The translations under genes and the position numbers were made by a program. Below the pieces are notes generated by a model, which worked only from the letters and a program-made list of their open reading frames with translations, did not search any database and was not told the origin of the DNA. DNA of 64,000 bases. It comes from Candidatus Nealsonbacteria bacterium. Lineage in GTDB: Bacteria > Patescibacteriota > Minisyncoccia > Minisyncoccales > MHMH01. The stretch is taken from assembly GCA_016188865.1 (NCBI GenBank), contig JACPGX010000001.1, forward strand, positions 205,197 to 269,196. The letters are read 5' to 3'. Shown here piece after piece: positions 19,618-28,973 of the stretch (position 1 is its first letter; the number at the start of each line of letters is the position of its first letter).

Positions 19618-20080
19618 GGAGTGATTCTTTAACTATTTGGGAAACCAAATTACCGTTGGCGCGGCCCTTGACCTGCGGCATAAGAATTACCATCACTTTG
19701 CCCATATCTTTTTGCTCTTTGGCGCCGGACTTTGCAACAGCTTGAATAACTAATTTTTTAATTTCATCTGCCGATAATTGTTCGGGCAGATATTTTTGCA
19801 AAATCTCCAGTTCTGACTTTTCTTTTGCTGCCAACTCTGACCTCCCGCCTTTTTCATATAACTCTGCTGCTTCTTTTCTTTTTTTTGCTTCCAAAGAAAC
19901 TACTTCCAAAATCTCTTCATCGGTTAATAAAGTATCTTGATTTTCTTTTAGTTTGTATCTTTTATCTTTCTCTTTGTTTAAAATTGAAGCTAAAAGCATT
20001 CTCAAAACAGAAGTTTTTAATTCTTTTTTAGCTTTTAAGGCTTCGATCAAGTCTTGCTGAATTTTTTCTTTGAAGGACAT
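19610..20080 (-). CDS. GatB/YqeY domain protein
   Basis: YEKGGR.ELA.KE, YLPEQLS, KDMGKVM, VKGRA. Confidence 0.93.
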   Translation of the reverse strand: MSFKEKIQQDLIEALKAKKELKTSVLRMLLASILNKEKDKRYKLKENQDTLLTDEEILEVVSLEAKKRKEAAELYEKGGRSELAAKEKSELEILQKYLPEQLSADEIKKLVIQAVAKSGAKEQKDMGKVMVILMPQVKGRANGNLVSQIVKESLHG

Positions 20081-20105
20081 AATCTATCTTTAATTTTTCC
20101 CCGCC

Positions 20106-20345
20106 TCAATACCTCCTCGCTTTAGGCGAATCTAGTTTGCCCAATTTCTTAAGCTTTTCGTATTCTTTTCTTGTTTCTTCCCTCCTTAAAGCGGCTTTCT
20201 TTCTTGCTAAACGGCTCTTTGGCCTATGCAAAAACTGGCGCTTTCTTGCGCCAAATAAAACGCCGCTTTGCTGCACTCCTTTGGCAAAGCGCCTGACTAA
20301 AGCTTGAGACGATTCGGTTGATTGTTTTTTGACTTCTATAACCAT
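20106..20345 (-). CDS. rpsU: Ribosomal protein bS21-like
   Basis: Basic 79-aa protein with ES..ALVRRF...V..SG pattern; rpsU-yqeY synteny. Confidence 0.7.
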   Translation of the reverse strand: MVIEVKKQSTESSQALVRRFAKGVQQSGVLFGARKRQFLHRPKSRLARKKAALRREETRKEYEKLKKLGKLDSPKARRY

Positions 20346-20671
20346 AATAGTTTTTTTCCTCCCAATAAATGCAAATGAAGATGATCGACTGTTTGCCCGG
20401 CATCTCTGCCGACGTTAAAAATTAACCTGTAGCCCGATTGCAAAGTGGCCTGATTCTCGGCAATTTTTTTAGCCGTTAGAATCATCTCTCCAATTAATTC
20501 TTTATCATGTAATTCAATCTGGTCAAGGGGCGGCACATGTTCTTTGGGAATTATTAAGATGTGAAAGGGAGCTATAGGATTAATATCCTTAAAAGCTATA
20601 AAATTTTTATCTTCATAAATAATTTCGGACGCTATTTCTTTATGGACGATTTTGCAGAAAATGCAATCCAT
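20336..20671 (-). CDS. HIT family nucleotide-binding protein
   Basis: CIFCKI and HLHLHLLGG. Confidence 0.95.
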   Translation of the reverse strand: MDCIFCKIVHKEIASEIIYEDKNFIAFKDINPIAPFHILIIPKEHVPPLDQIELHDKELIGEMILTAKKIAENQATLQSGYRLIFNVGRDAGQTVDHLHLHLLGGKKLLWL

Positions 20672-20674
20672 AAT

Positions 20675-21976
20675 TTATTTTTCCAATCTTTTCTGCATTT
20701 CTGCAATTACTTTCTCTATTTTTACTATATCTTGCTTGCCCGATCGCATATCTCTAATTATTATTGTCCCTTCCAAGGCTTCTTTCTGCCCTAAAATCAA
20801 AGCATAAACCGCTCCTATTTTATCGGCTGATCTCAACTGAGTTTTTAAAGAATCTTTCCCTAAAGATTCGGCAATAGGAATCTTAGCTTTTCTGAATTCT
20901 TCAGAGAGCCGCAGGCTTTTTCTTTTGGCTAATTCTCCCAATTGAGCTAAGAAAACTTTTATTTGGGACGGCTCTTTTCCCTGACTCGCGTCGAAGGACT
21001 TTTTTTGCCTTTCTTTTAAAACTTGGACTATTCTTTCTACGCCAGCTGCAGCGCCTGTTGCGGGGACATCTTTACCTGATAAAATTTTCACTAAAGCATC
21101 GAATCTCCCTCCGCCCGCTAAAGCTCCCAAGGCTTTGCCCTGCTCGGTGTCTTCAAAAATTTCAAAAACAGTTTTAGTATAATAATCTAAGCCTCTGACC
21201 AAATACGGGTTAAGCCTGTAAGGAAGCTCGGCTTCATCTAAAAATTCCAGAACTTGCTTAAAATGTACCTTGCATTCGTCGCAGAGATGATCAATAATTT
21301 GCGGAGCATGAGCTTTTACCGGTTGGCATTTTTCTTCTTTGCAGTCAAGAACCCTTAAGGGATTTTCCCTAAGCCTTCTTCGGCAATCAGAGCAGAGAGA
21401 ACTCTCGCGGGCTTTTAAATAATTTGTCAGTAATTTTTTATAATAAGGCCGGCATTGGCTGTCTCCGATGCTGTTTACTTCTATGACAAGATTTTTAAAT
21501 TTCAACTCTTTAAGGATATTATGAAAAATTTGTATAATCTGAGTATCTATCGCCGGGCTTTTTTCGCCAAAAGATTCGAGATCAATCTGATGAAATTGGC
21601 GGAAACGTCCAAATTGCGGCCTTTCGTAGCGGAAAAGAGGGCCGGAAGTATAAAGTTTAACCGGTTGAGACAGGTTAAACATGCCATGCTCAATGTACGA
21701 GCGCGAAATGGCAGCGGTAAACTCCGGGCGCAATGCCAAATAATCTCCTCCCTTGCTCTTGAAAGTGTACATTTGCTTTTCAACTATGTCCGTCGTCAAG
21801 CCTACACCTTTAGAAAATAACTCGGCATCTTCAATGATTGGCGTATCTATTCTTTGGAAACCATAAAACTCTGCCACATGGGCCGCAGTATTGTAAATTT
21901 TTTGATAAATCGGCTGGTCTTCCGGCAATATGTCGTGCATGCCGGAAGGTGTCTGAAATTTTGCTTGTTTTGTCAT
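20675..21976 (-). CDS. hisS: Histidine-tRNA ligase
   Basis: LRPEFTA, FRYERPQ.GR.RQFHQ, LVRGLDYY, GGGRFD. Confidence 0.97.
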   Translation of the reverse strand: MTKQAKFQTPSGMHDILPEDQPIYQKIYNTAAHVAEFYGFQRIDTPIIEDAELFSKGVGLTTDIVEKQMYTFKSKGGDYLALRPEFTAAISRSYIEHGMFNLSQPVKLYTSGPLFRYERPQFGRFRQFHQIDLESFGEKSPAIDTQIIQIFHNILKELKFKNLVIEVNSIGDSQCRPYYKKLLTNYLKARESSLCSDCRRRLRENPLRVLDCKEEKCQPVKAHAPQIIDHLCDECKVHFKQVLEFLDEAELPYRLNPYLVRGLDYYTKTVFEIFEDTEQGKALGALAGGGRFDALVKILSGKDVPATGAAAGVERIVQVLKERQKKSFDASQGKEPSQIKVFLAQLGELAKRKSLRLSEEFRKAKIPIAESLGKDSLKTQLRSADKIGAVYALILGQKEALEGTIIIRDMRSGKQDIVKIEKVIAEMQKRLEK

Positions 21977-21986
21977 TATTTAAAAA

Positions 21987-22535
21987 TTAATAATCGGGCG
22001 CTTCAATCATTGCCATGGCGGCAAATGGCCAAACCCTCAAAAGAACCTTGCCAATAATATTTTCTCTGGGCAGAGTACCCCACCGTCTCGAATCGGAAGA
22101 AGCAACCCTATTGTCACCTAAAACAAAATATTCGCCGTCGGCCAGCTGAACTTCTGTGCTGCCAGATGTTTCAATAAATACAGGAAGATAGCTTAGTTCA
22201 TCTAAAATTTGCGGAACGCCGTTTGAGTTGTAAACATTTACTTTGCCATATTTAATTTCTACTATTTCTCCCGGCAATCCAATAATTCTTTTAATATAGC
22301 GCTGGCTGGTATTTCCCGGATATTTAAAAACAATCACTTCTCCTCTCTGGGGATCTCTCATCCTGTAAGAAATTTCATCGACAATCAAATAATCGCCGTT
22401 TTGAAAATTCGGCTCCATCGATGCGCCCTTCACAAAGAATGGCTGAAAAATAAAATACCTGATAGGCACCACTATCAGTAAAGCAATAATCACAATTTTT
22501 GACATTTCCCAAATAAAAAGAAAGAAGCTTCTCAT
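21987..22535 (-). CDS. lepB: Signal peptidase I
   Basis: GASMEP, YIKRIIGLPG, GDNR..S.DSR. Confidence 0.96.
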   Translation of the reverse strand: MRSFFLFIWEMSKIVIIALLIVVPIRYFIFQPFFVKGASMEPNFQNGDYLIVDEISYRMRDPQRGEVIVFKYPGNTSQRYIKRIIGLPGEIVEIKYGKVNVYNSNGVPQILDELSYLPVFIETSGSTEVQLADGEYFVLGDNRVASSDSRRWGTLPRENIIGKVLLRVWPFAAMAMIEAPDY

Positions 22536-22575
22536 GTGCTTCCACTATTATAACAAAGTGATAAAATAAAACAAT

Positions 22576-23037
22576 ATGTTAATCGTCGGTCTGGGCAATC
22601 CGGGGAAAAAGTATAAAAATACCCGGCATAATGTCGGCCATATGGTTATTGATGAATTAGAGAAAGAAAATCTCGATGGTTTTACTTTGGCAAAAACCGA
22701 TGCTTTTATGAATGAATCCGGTATGGCAGTTAAAAAATTAACTAAAAACTATAAACTAAAAACCATAAACCTGGTTATAGTTCACGACGATATTGATTTG
22801 CCTTTAGGTGAATTCAAAATACAGAAAGGCCGGGGAGCAGCCGGACACAAGGGCGTGCAATCGGTTATAAATGAATTAAAAACAAAAGATTTTTGGCGAG
22901 TACGAATCGGCATCTGCCCCAAGGGGGGAAAACCTGCAAATGTTGAAAAATTCGTTTTGCAAAACTTCACCAAAGAAGAACAAAAAATTCTAACTGGAAT
23001 AATTTCCGAAATCCCAAATTACCTCCCGAAGGTGTAG
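22576..23037 (+). CDS. pth: Peptidyl-tRNA hydrolase
   Basis: LIVGLGNPG, TRHNVG, FMNESG, VHDDID, GHKG. Confidence 0.95.
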   Translation: MLIVGLGNPGKKYKNTRHNVGHMVIDELEKENLDGFTLAKTDAFMNESGMAVKKLTKNYKLKTINLVIVHDDIDLPLGEFKIQKGRGAAGHKGVQSVINELKTKDFWRVRIGICPKGGKPANVEKFVLQNFTKEEQKILTGIISEIPNYLPKV

Positions 23038-23078
23038 CGTAAACCTTCGGGAGGTGAACGCTGATGGATTTCGGAAAT
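23002..23078. repeat. Nested inverted-repeat element overlapping the pth 3' end
   Basis: Outer arms ATTTCCGAAATCC (23002-23014 / 23066-23078); inner arms ACCTCCCGAAGGT (23021-23033 / 23043-23055). Confidence 0.85.
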
Positions 23079-23079
23079 C

Positions 23080-23109
23080 AAAAAGCTGAGGCGTTAACCT
23101 CGGCTTTTT
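23080..23109. terminator. Bidirectional intrinsic terminator
   Basis: AAAAAGCTGAGG-CGTTAA-CCTCGGCTTTTT between convergent genes. Confidence 0.75.
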
Positions 23110-23119
23110 TGTTTTGCCT

Positions 23120-23353
23120 CTAGTCGGTTGTTCCCTCGCTTCCCATGCCTGTTGGTTGCCTTACGGTCTTTTCTTCTATAATATCGCCAATATTGGCAAT
23201 AACGCTTTCTCTCAAATCAGTACTGCCGCATTCCGGACAAGGGCCTTCATGCGATAAGGGCAGTATCATGCCGCACTCGCAGAGTTTTCCTCCAATATGG
23301 GAAACAACTTGGCCATCAGCTCTGATAACTCGGTATTTTTGCTCATTAGCCAT
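23120..23353 (-). CDS. Small zinc-ribbon protein
   Basis: CECG...CPECGS; GGAGG SD. Confidence 0.7.
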   Translation of the reverse strand: MANEQKYRVIRADGQVVSHIGGKLCECGMILPLSHEGPCPECGSTDLRESVIANIGDIIEEKTVRQPTGMGSEGTTD

Positions 23354-23370
23354 CCAGCGCCTCCTTCTTT

Positions 23371-23796
23371 TTATTTTCTCAGCTTTCTTAAAAGTTCTTG
23401 GGCCATTCCTCGCTGAATGCCGTATATATCAAAGTTCTTATCATAGATAATTTTGCAAGGAAACCACTGGGCATCCAGAATTTCATCTGGGTCTATTTTT
23501 ATCGTTCCCGGAGTAGGATAGCCGATGAAAGCGACTTTTAAATAATCTTTCTGCCTTCTTTCTACCCTTATTCGCGAATTAACTTCCGGAAAAATGCCGA
23601 TTTCATGTAGAACCTCTCTTTCTGCTACAGCAATTTCGTCTTTGTCTTGAGGCTCACCTCTGCCTCCGGACATTCCCCACTTAGACGGCTTTGGAAAAGT
23701 TTCACCGTTCGGCTTTGTGATTAGTTTCTCCTTTTCCAGTACAAAGAGAATTTGATTATCATCAAGCATCAGCACTTTCACATCAATATCTTCCAT
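23371..23796 (-). CDS. Nudix hydrolase
   Basis: WGMSGGRGE.......AEREVLHEIGI, a variant Nudix box. Confidence 0.85.
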   Translation of the reverse strand: MEDIDVKVLMLDDNQILFVLEKEKLITKPNGETFPKPSKWGMSGGRGEPQDKDEIAVAEREVLHEIGIFPEVNSRIRVERRQKDYLKVAFIGYPTPGTIKIDPDEILDAQWFPCKIIYDKNFDIYGIQRGMAQELLRKLRK

Positions 23797-23806
23797 TTTC
23801 CGCCTC

Positions 23807-23946
23807 CCTTAATCTACCCGCGAGACCGCAGTGATTTGAAGGCGCATAAAGCGCCTTGCCGCGAAGAGTCCTGGGATTCTTAATCCCATACCCGGCCTTC
23901 TAGACTTAAAGTATCGTCCAGAATACCACTCGCGAGCAGGTTAAGG
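23807..23946 (-). ncRNA. Candidate structured 5' leader RNA (four-way junction)
   Basis: 18-bp closing helix plus three internal helices; G-U pairs favour the minus strand. Confidence 0.6.
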
Positions 23947-23996
23947 AAAGGGAAATTTTGACAAGTTGCTAACTGTGTACTATATATCACATATAG

Positions 23997-26024
23997 ATGG
24001 AAAAGTCAACGGTGCCGGGTGTTAAATCGATTCTAATCGTCAGTATCAACCCCTACTTTTTAGACAGGGAGAATTTTTGGTTTGAAGAAAATATCAAACA
24101 AATACTGGAAGCGCGGAAAAATCAAACCTTCTTTCAAGATAATACCATATATGTAGACGTAGAAAAAAGCCCCGCCTTCGCCAAGGCTTCGGCGGGCAAG
24201 CAGAAAATTAAGCTTTCTGAATTTTTAAGAAAAATTGATGAAATGGGCTATGAAAAAGTTCAAAAGGTCTCCGAGCCCGGAGAATTTTCCCGCCAAGGAG
24301 GAATTATTGATATTTTCCCGTTAAATATAAATTGTGCCGTTAGAATTGAATTTTTCGGCAACTCAATAGAAAACATGGAAAAACTGCCCATTATTATTGA
24401 AAATGAAAAAGAAATCAAAGAAAGAATAAAAAATAAACTGAAAAGGCAGAAAATTTACTCGCAATTGGGAACATTAAAGCCGGGTGATTATTTGGTGCAT
24501 CTAGACCACGGCGTCGGAATTTACAGAGGTCGGACCTCCCAAGGAGGTCCGACCTCAAACGACTCAAACGATTACTACACATTGGAATATGCCCAGAACG
24601 ATAAACTCTATGTTCCGATTGGGCTGGAAAGAAAACTTTCAAGATATGTTGGATTTTCAGAGCCGAAAATATCGCGGCTAAGCTCGCCCGTCTGGATAAA
24701 CACCAAAAGAAAAATTAAAGAAGAAACTGAAAAACTAGCTAAAGAACTTTTGGAAATTTACGCCCAGAGAGAAATTTCAACTCGCCCATATTATATAGAA
24801 GATACGGAAATTGACGCCTTGCTGGCAAGTACTTTTGTTCACGAAGAAACTCCGGATCAAATCCAAGCCATGGAAGAAATTAAAAAAGATTTGGAAGAAA
24901 AAGAAGAGCCAATGGACAGAATTGTTTGCGGCGACGTGGGTTTTGGCAAAACTGAAATTGCCTTAAGGACCATTATTAAAGCGGTCAATTCCGGATATCA
25001 ATCGGCTTTGATTTGCCCAACCACTATTTTGGCCTCGCAGCATTGCCAGACTTTCCAAAAAAGAATTGGTGATCTTCCGATAAAAGTTGAATTATTAAGC
25101 CGTCTTCAATCAAAGAGGGAGCAGAAACAAATAATTCAAAATATCAAAGATGGCAAAACAGATATCGTTATAGGAACCCACCGCCTTTTATCAAATGACG
25201 TTAACTTTAAAAACTTAGGATTGCTGGTTATTGACGATGAACAAAGATTCGGAGTCAGGCAGAAAGAAAAATTAAAAAAAATAAGGACTTCCCTAGATGT
25301 TTTATCGCTTTCAGCCACGCCAATTCCCAGAACCCTCTACTTGGCCATGTCTTCTTTAAAAGATATCAGCATAATTCAAACGCCGCCTGCTCAACGGCTT
25401 CCGATTAAAACTTTGGTAAAACCATGGTCAAAAGAAATCATTAAAAAGGCAATTCAGGAAGAAATTTCGCGCAACGGCCAAGTTTATTACCTGCACAATC
25501 GCGTAGAAACTATTGAAACAGCAAAAAAATTGCTGGAAGATTTACTGCCGAAAGTAAAATTTGGAATTATCCACGGCAAAATGGAAGAAAAAAATTTAAT
25601 AAAGATAATGGATGATTTTACCAATAAAAAAATTGGCGTTTTAATCGCTACCACCATTATTGAAAACGGCCTGGACCTGCCCAATGTCAACACTTTAATT
25701 GCGGCCAATGCCGCCAAACTCGGACTTTCCCAGGCATATCAAATAAGAGGCAGAATCGGCAGGTCGCACATTCAGGCATTCGCTTATTTCTTGCATGGCG
25801 GCAATCTTTCTGAGCTAGCAAAGGAAAGATTAAGAGCTTTAAAAGAGGCGGAAGAGCTTGGTTCGGGATACCGAATTGCCATGAAAGATTTGGAACTTCG
25901 GGGCGCCGGCAACATTCTAGGAAAAGAGCAATCAGGCAACATCAACCATGTGGGACTGAATCTATATTGTCAAATGTTATCCGATGCGATTGAAAAACTG
26001 AAGGCTTACGATTATAATAAATAA
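23997..26024 (+). CDS. mfd: Shortened transcription-repair coupling factor
   Basis: UvrB-like GEFSRQGGIIDIF, RID VHLDHGVG, CGDVGFGKTE, DDEQRFG, TRG motif; no C-terminal TRCF domain. Confidence 0.9.
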   Translation: MEKSTVPGVKSILIVSINPYFLDRENFWFEENIKQILEARKNQTFFQDNTIYVDVEKSPAFAKASAGKQKIKLSEFLRKIDEMGYEKVQKVSEPGEFSRQGGIIDIFPLNINCAVRIEFFGNSIENMEKLPIIIENEKEIKERIKNKLKRQKIYSQLGTLKPGDYLVHLDHGVGIYRGRTSQGGPTSNDSNDYYTLEYAQNDKLYVPIGLERKLSRYVGFSEPKISRLSSPVWINTKRKIKEETEKLAKELLEIYAQREISTRPYYIEDTEIDALLASTFVHEETPDQIQAMEEIKKDLEEKEEPMDRIVCGDVGFGKTEIALRTIIKAVNSGYQSALICPTTILASQHCQTFQKRIGDLPIKVELLSRLQSKREQKQIIQNIKDGKTDIVIGTHRLLSNDVNFKNLGLLVIDDEQRFGVRQKEKLKKIRTSLDVLSLSATPIPRTLYLAMSSLKDISIIQTPPAQRLPIKTLVKPWSKEIIKKAIQEEISRNGQVYYLHNRVETIETAKKLLEDLLPKVKFGIIHGKMEEKNLIKIMDDFTNKKIGVLIATTIIENGLDLPNVNTLIAANAAKLGLSQAYQIRGRIGRSHIQAFAYFLHGGNLSELAKERLRALKEAEELGSGYRIAMKDLELRGAGNILGKEQSGNINHVGLNLYCQMLSDAIEKLKAYDYNK

Positions 26025-26034
26025 ATTATCAATC

Positions 26035-26055
26035 TTACGAGGCGAAGCCTCGTAA
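26035..26055. repeat. Palindrome B, copy upstream of RAYT-2
   Basis: TTACGAGGC-GAA-GCCTCGTAA. Confidence 0.95.
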
Positions 26056-26069
26056 ATTCGTAAATTTTA

Positions 26070-26783
26070 ATGAAGAGAGTAATATTCGCCAAAGATCAAA
26101 TCTATCATGTTTATAATCGCGGTGTAGAAAAACGAAATATCTTTTTAGATGATAAAGATTATTTTCGGTTTATTCACAATCTCTTTGAATTTAACGATGA
26201 AAAACCAGCAGAAAATATTTATTATAAACAACCAATGCTTCAGTCGCAGAAAATACAATCTTACGAGGCTTCGCCTCGTAAGATTAATATGCCTAGAAAA
26301 TTACTAGTAGAAATTATGGCATTTTGTCTGATGCCCAATCACTATCATTTATTGCTAAGACAAAAACAAGATAGGGGGATCACCAGATTTATGCAAAAAT
26401 TAGGTACTGGATATTCTATGTATTTTAATCAAAAGCACGAAAGAACCGGAATTTTATTCCAGGGACCGTTCAAGGCCATTTTAGTCGATAGGGAAACTTA
26501 TTTTTATTATTTACCATATTACATTCACTTTAATCCCCTAGATTTGATTGAGCCAGAATGGAGAAATGGCAAAATTAATAATTACAAAGAAGCCTTAAAT
26601 TTTCTGGAAAATTATCGCTGGTCAAGCCATCTTGATTATATTGGCAAGAAAAATTTTCCCTCGGTGACCCAACGGGAATTTCTTTTAGAATACCATCAAA
26701 ATGGAAACCGATATAAACAATCTATTGAAAATTGGCTAAAAGAAATACAACTAGAAAAAATAAAAGATATAATGCTGGAATAA
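26070..26783 (+). CDS. RAYT-type HUH transposase, RAYT-2
   Basis: YHVYNRG, FCLMPNHYH, LFQGPF, YIHFNP, YRWSSH. Confidence 0.92.
   Translation: MKRVIFAKDQIYHVYNRGVEKRNIFLDDKDYFRFIHNLFEFNDEKPAENIYYKQPMLQSQKIQSYEASPRKINMPRKLLVEIMAFCLMPNHYHLLLRQKQDRGITRFMQKLGTGYSMYFNQKHERTGILFQGPFKAILVDRETYFYYLPYYIHFNPLDLIEPEWRNGKINNYKEALNFLENYRWSSHLDYIGKKNFPSVTQREFLLEYHQNGNRYKQSIENWLKEIQLEKIKDIMLE
26257..26285. repeat. Palindrome B, in-frame copy inside RAYT-2 (inverted)
   Basis: AATCTTACGAGGC-TTC-GCCTCGTAAGATT, translated as QSYEASPRKI. Confidence 0.95.
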
Positions 26784-26811
26784 ATCTTACGAGGCGAAGC
26801 CTCGTAAGATT
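26783..26811. repeat. Palindrome B, copy downstream of RAYT-2
   Basis: AATCTTACGAGGC-GAA-GCCTCGTAAGATT, abutting the stop codon. Confidence 0.95.
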
Positions 26812-26854
26812 GAGGGACGATAGAAAAATTAAAAACTAAATGTTGAACTAAAAA

Positions 26855-28882
26855 ATGCAACTAATTATAGTAGAAAGTCCGACTAAATCTAAGACGCTTC
26901 AAGGTTTTTTGGGGCCTCAATATAGGGTCCTTTCTTCTTATGGACACATCCGTGATTTGCCGAAAAGTGAGCTTGGCGTTGATGTGGAAAAAAACTTCCA
27001 GCCGAAATACGTAATTCCGGCAAAGGCGAAAAAAACTATAAAAACGCTTACTGAAGCGGTTAAAGAAACTGACTCAACCATTTTGGCCACCGATGAGGAC
27101 AGAGAAGGAGAAGCTATTTCCTGGCATCTCATTAAGGCCCTAAAACTGGACGGCGAAAAAGAGCCGTACCAAAGAATCGTTTTCCATGAAATCACAAAAC
27201 AAGCCGTGGAAGAAGCTTTAAAAAATCCCAGAAAAGTTGACATGAATCTGGTGGACGCCCAGCAGGCAAGAAGGATTCTGGACAGAATTGTCGGCTACAA
27301 GCTGTCTCCGTTCTTATGGAAAAAAATCGCCCGAGGACTTTCAGCCGGCAGAGTGCAATCGGTGGCAGTTAGACTTGTTGTGGAACGCGAAAGAGAAATA
27401 GAAAAATTTAAACCAGACGAGTACTGGACGATTGAAGCCCGGCTCCGACGGAATGAAGCCGGGCTTCTCTCGCCAGAATTTACGGCTTCTTTGGCTAAAA
27501 AAGACGAGAAAATTTTAGATAAGCTTTTTATTAAAAATGAAAAAGAAGCTAAAGAAATAGTAAATAATTTGGGAGGAGCTGAATATAGGATTAGTAATAT
27601 CGAGAAAAAAGAAACAACAAAGAATCCTTATCCGCCGTTTACCACTTCAACATTACAGCAGGAGGCCTGGAGACGTTTTAAATTTCCGGCGAAATTTACC
27701 ATGCGCCTGGCGCAGAATCTTTATGAAAAAGGCTTTATTACTTATCACAGAACGGATTCTTTAAACCTTTCTGATTTAGCGTTAGGAATCGCAAAAAAAT
27801 TCATCACGGAAAATTATGGTCAAACTTATTACCAATTCAGAAAATATAAAGCCAAGGGCCGCGCCCAAGAAGCCCACGAAGCAATCAGGCCGGCTTACCC
27901 GGAAAAAATGGAAATTGAAACCGATGAGCCGGGGGCAAAATTATATAACTTGATTTGGAAAAGATTTATTGCCTGCCAAATGTCGCAAGCCGTTTTTGAT
28001 TCAACAGCGGTTGATATTAATGCGAAAAATTATGGTTTTAGGGCCAACGGCCAAATTCTAAAGTTTGACGGATTTTTAAAGGTTTACCCGATAAAATACG
28101 AGGAGTCGGAACTTCCAAATTTGAAAAAAGATGATATTTTAGAATTGCTCAAACTTTCTCCTCTGCAGCATTTTACTCAGCCACCGGCAAGATACAGCGA
28201 AGCCACTCTGATTAAAGCCTTGGAACAGGAGGGAATAGGACGCCCCTCAACCTATGCCCCGGTTATTTCTACTATTCAGGAAAGAAATTACATTGAAAAA
28301 GATGAAAAAAAATTCTTCAAGCCGACAGAAATAGGCATTGTAGTAAATGATGTTTTGGTAAGACATTTTCCTCAAATAGTTGATATTAAATTTACCGCAT
28401 CAATGGAAGAAGACCTGGATAAAATAGCCGAAGGCGAAAAGAAATGGGAAAAAGTCATGGAAGAATTTTATCGCCCCTTTGAAGAAAATCTTAAAAAAAA
28501 ATATAAAGAAGTTTCAAAAAAAGAATTTACCGAGGAGCCGACTAAAAAAAAATGCCCCAAATGCGGCTCGCCTTTGTTGATCAGATTAGGCAGGTACGGC
28601 AAATTCTATGCCTGCTCGACTTTCCCAAAATGCAATTATACCGAATCACTGCCTAAAAATATCTTAGGAATAAAATGCCCGAAGTGTAATGAGGGGCAGC
28701 TTGTGGAAAAAAGAACGGCCAAGAGGAAAATCTTTTACGGCTGCAATAAGTACCCTAATTGCAATTTTGCTTTATGGGATAAGCCTATCGGAGATAAATG
28801 CCCCAAGTGCGATTCCCTATTGGTGAAAACTAAAAGAAAACAAATCAAATGCTCAAATAAGGACTGCGACTACGCAAGGTGA
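26855..28882 (+). CDS. topA: DNA topoisomerase I
   Basis: IVESPTK, ATDEDREGE, SAGRVQS, ITYHRTDS, C4 zinc ribbons. Confidence 0.97.
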   Translation: MQLIIVESPTKSKTLQGFLGPQYRVLSSYGHIRDLPKSELGVDVEKNFQPKYVIPAKAKKTIKTLTEAVKETDSTILATDEDREGEAISWHLIKALKLDGEKEPYQRIVFHEITKQAVEEALKNPRKVDMNLVDAQQARRILDRIVGYKLSPFLWKKIARGLSAGRVQSVAVRLVVEREREIEKFKPDEYWTIEARLRRNEAGLLSPEFTASLAKKDEKILDKLFIKNEKEAKEIVNNLGGAEYRISNIEKKETTKNPYPPFTTSTLQQEAWRRFKFPAKFTMRLAQNLYEKGFITYHRTDSLNLSDLALGIAKKFITENYGQTYYQFRKYKAKGRAQEAHEAIRPAYPEKMEIETDEPGAKLYNLIWKRFIACQMSQAVFDSTAVDINAKNYGFRANGQILKFDGFLKVYPIKYEESELPNLKKDDILELLKLSPLQHFTQPPARYSEATLIKALEQEGIGRPSTYAPVISTIQERNYIEKDEKKFFKPTEIGIVVNDVLVRHFPQIVDIKFTASMEEDLDKIAEGEKKWEKVMEEFYRPFEENLKKKYKEVSKKEFTEEPTKKKCPKCGSPLLIRLGRYGKFYACSTFPKCNYTESLPKNILGIKCPKCNEGQLVEKRTAKRKIFYGCNKYPNCNFALWDKPIGDKCPKCDSLLVKTKRKQIKCSNKDCDYAR

Positions 28883-28893
28883 CAGACGGACTA

Positions 28894-28923
28894 AAAAAGT
28901 TGGACATTAATGTCCAACTTTTT
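28894..28923. repeat. Perfect 30-bp palindrome (REP-like or terminator)
   Basis: AAAAAGTTGGACATT|AATGTCCAACTTTTT. Confidence 0.8.
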
Positions 28924-28973
28924 CGTATTGCCAAATTACTTTCTATGATATATGGTAAAATATAAAAAGGAAT

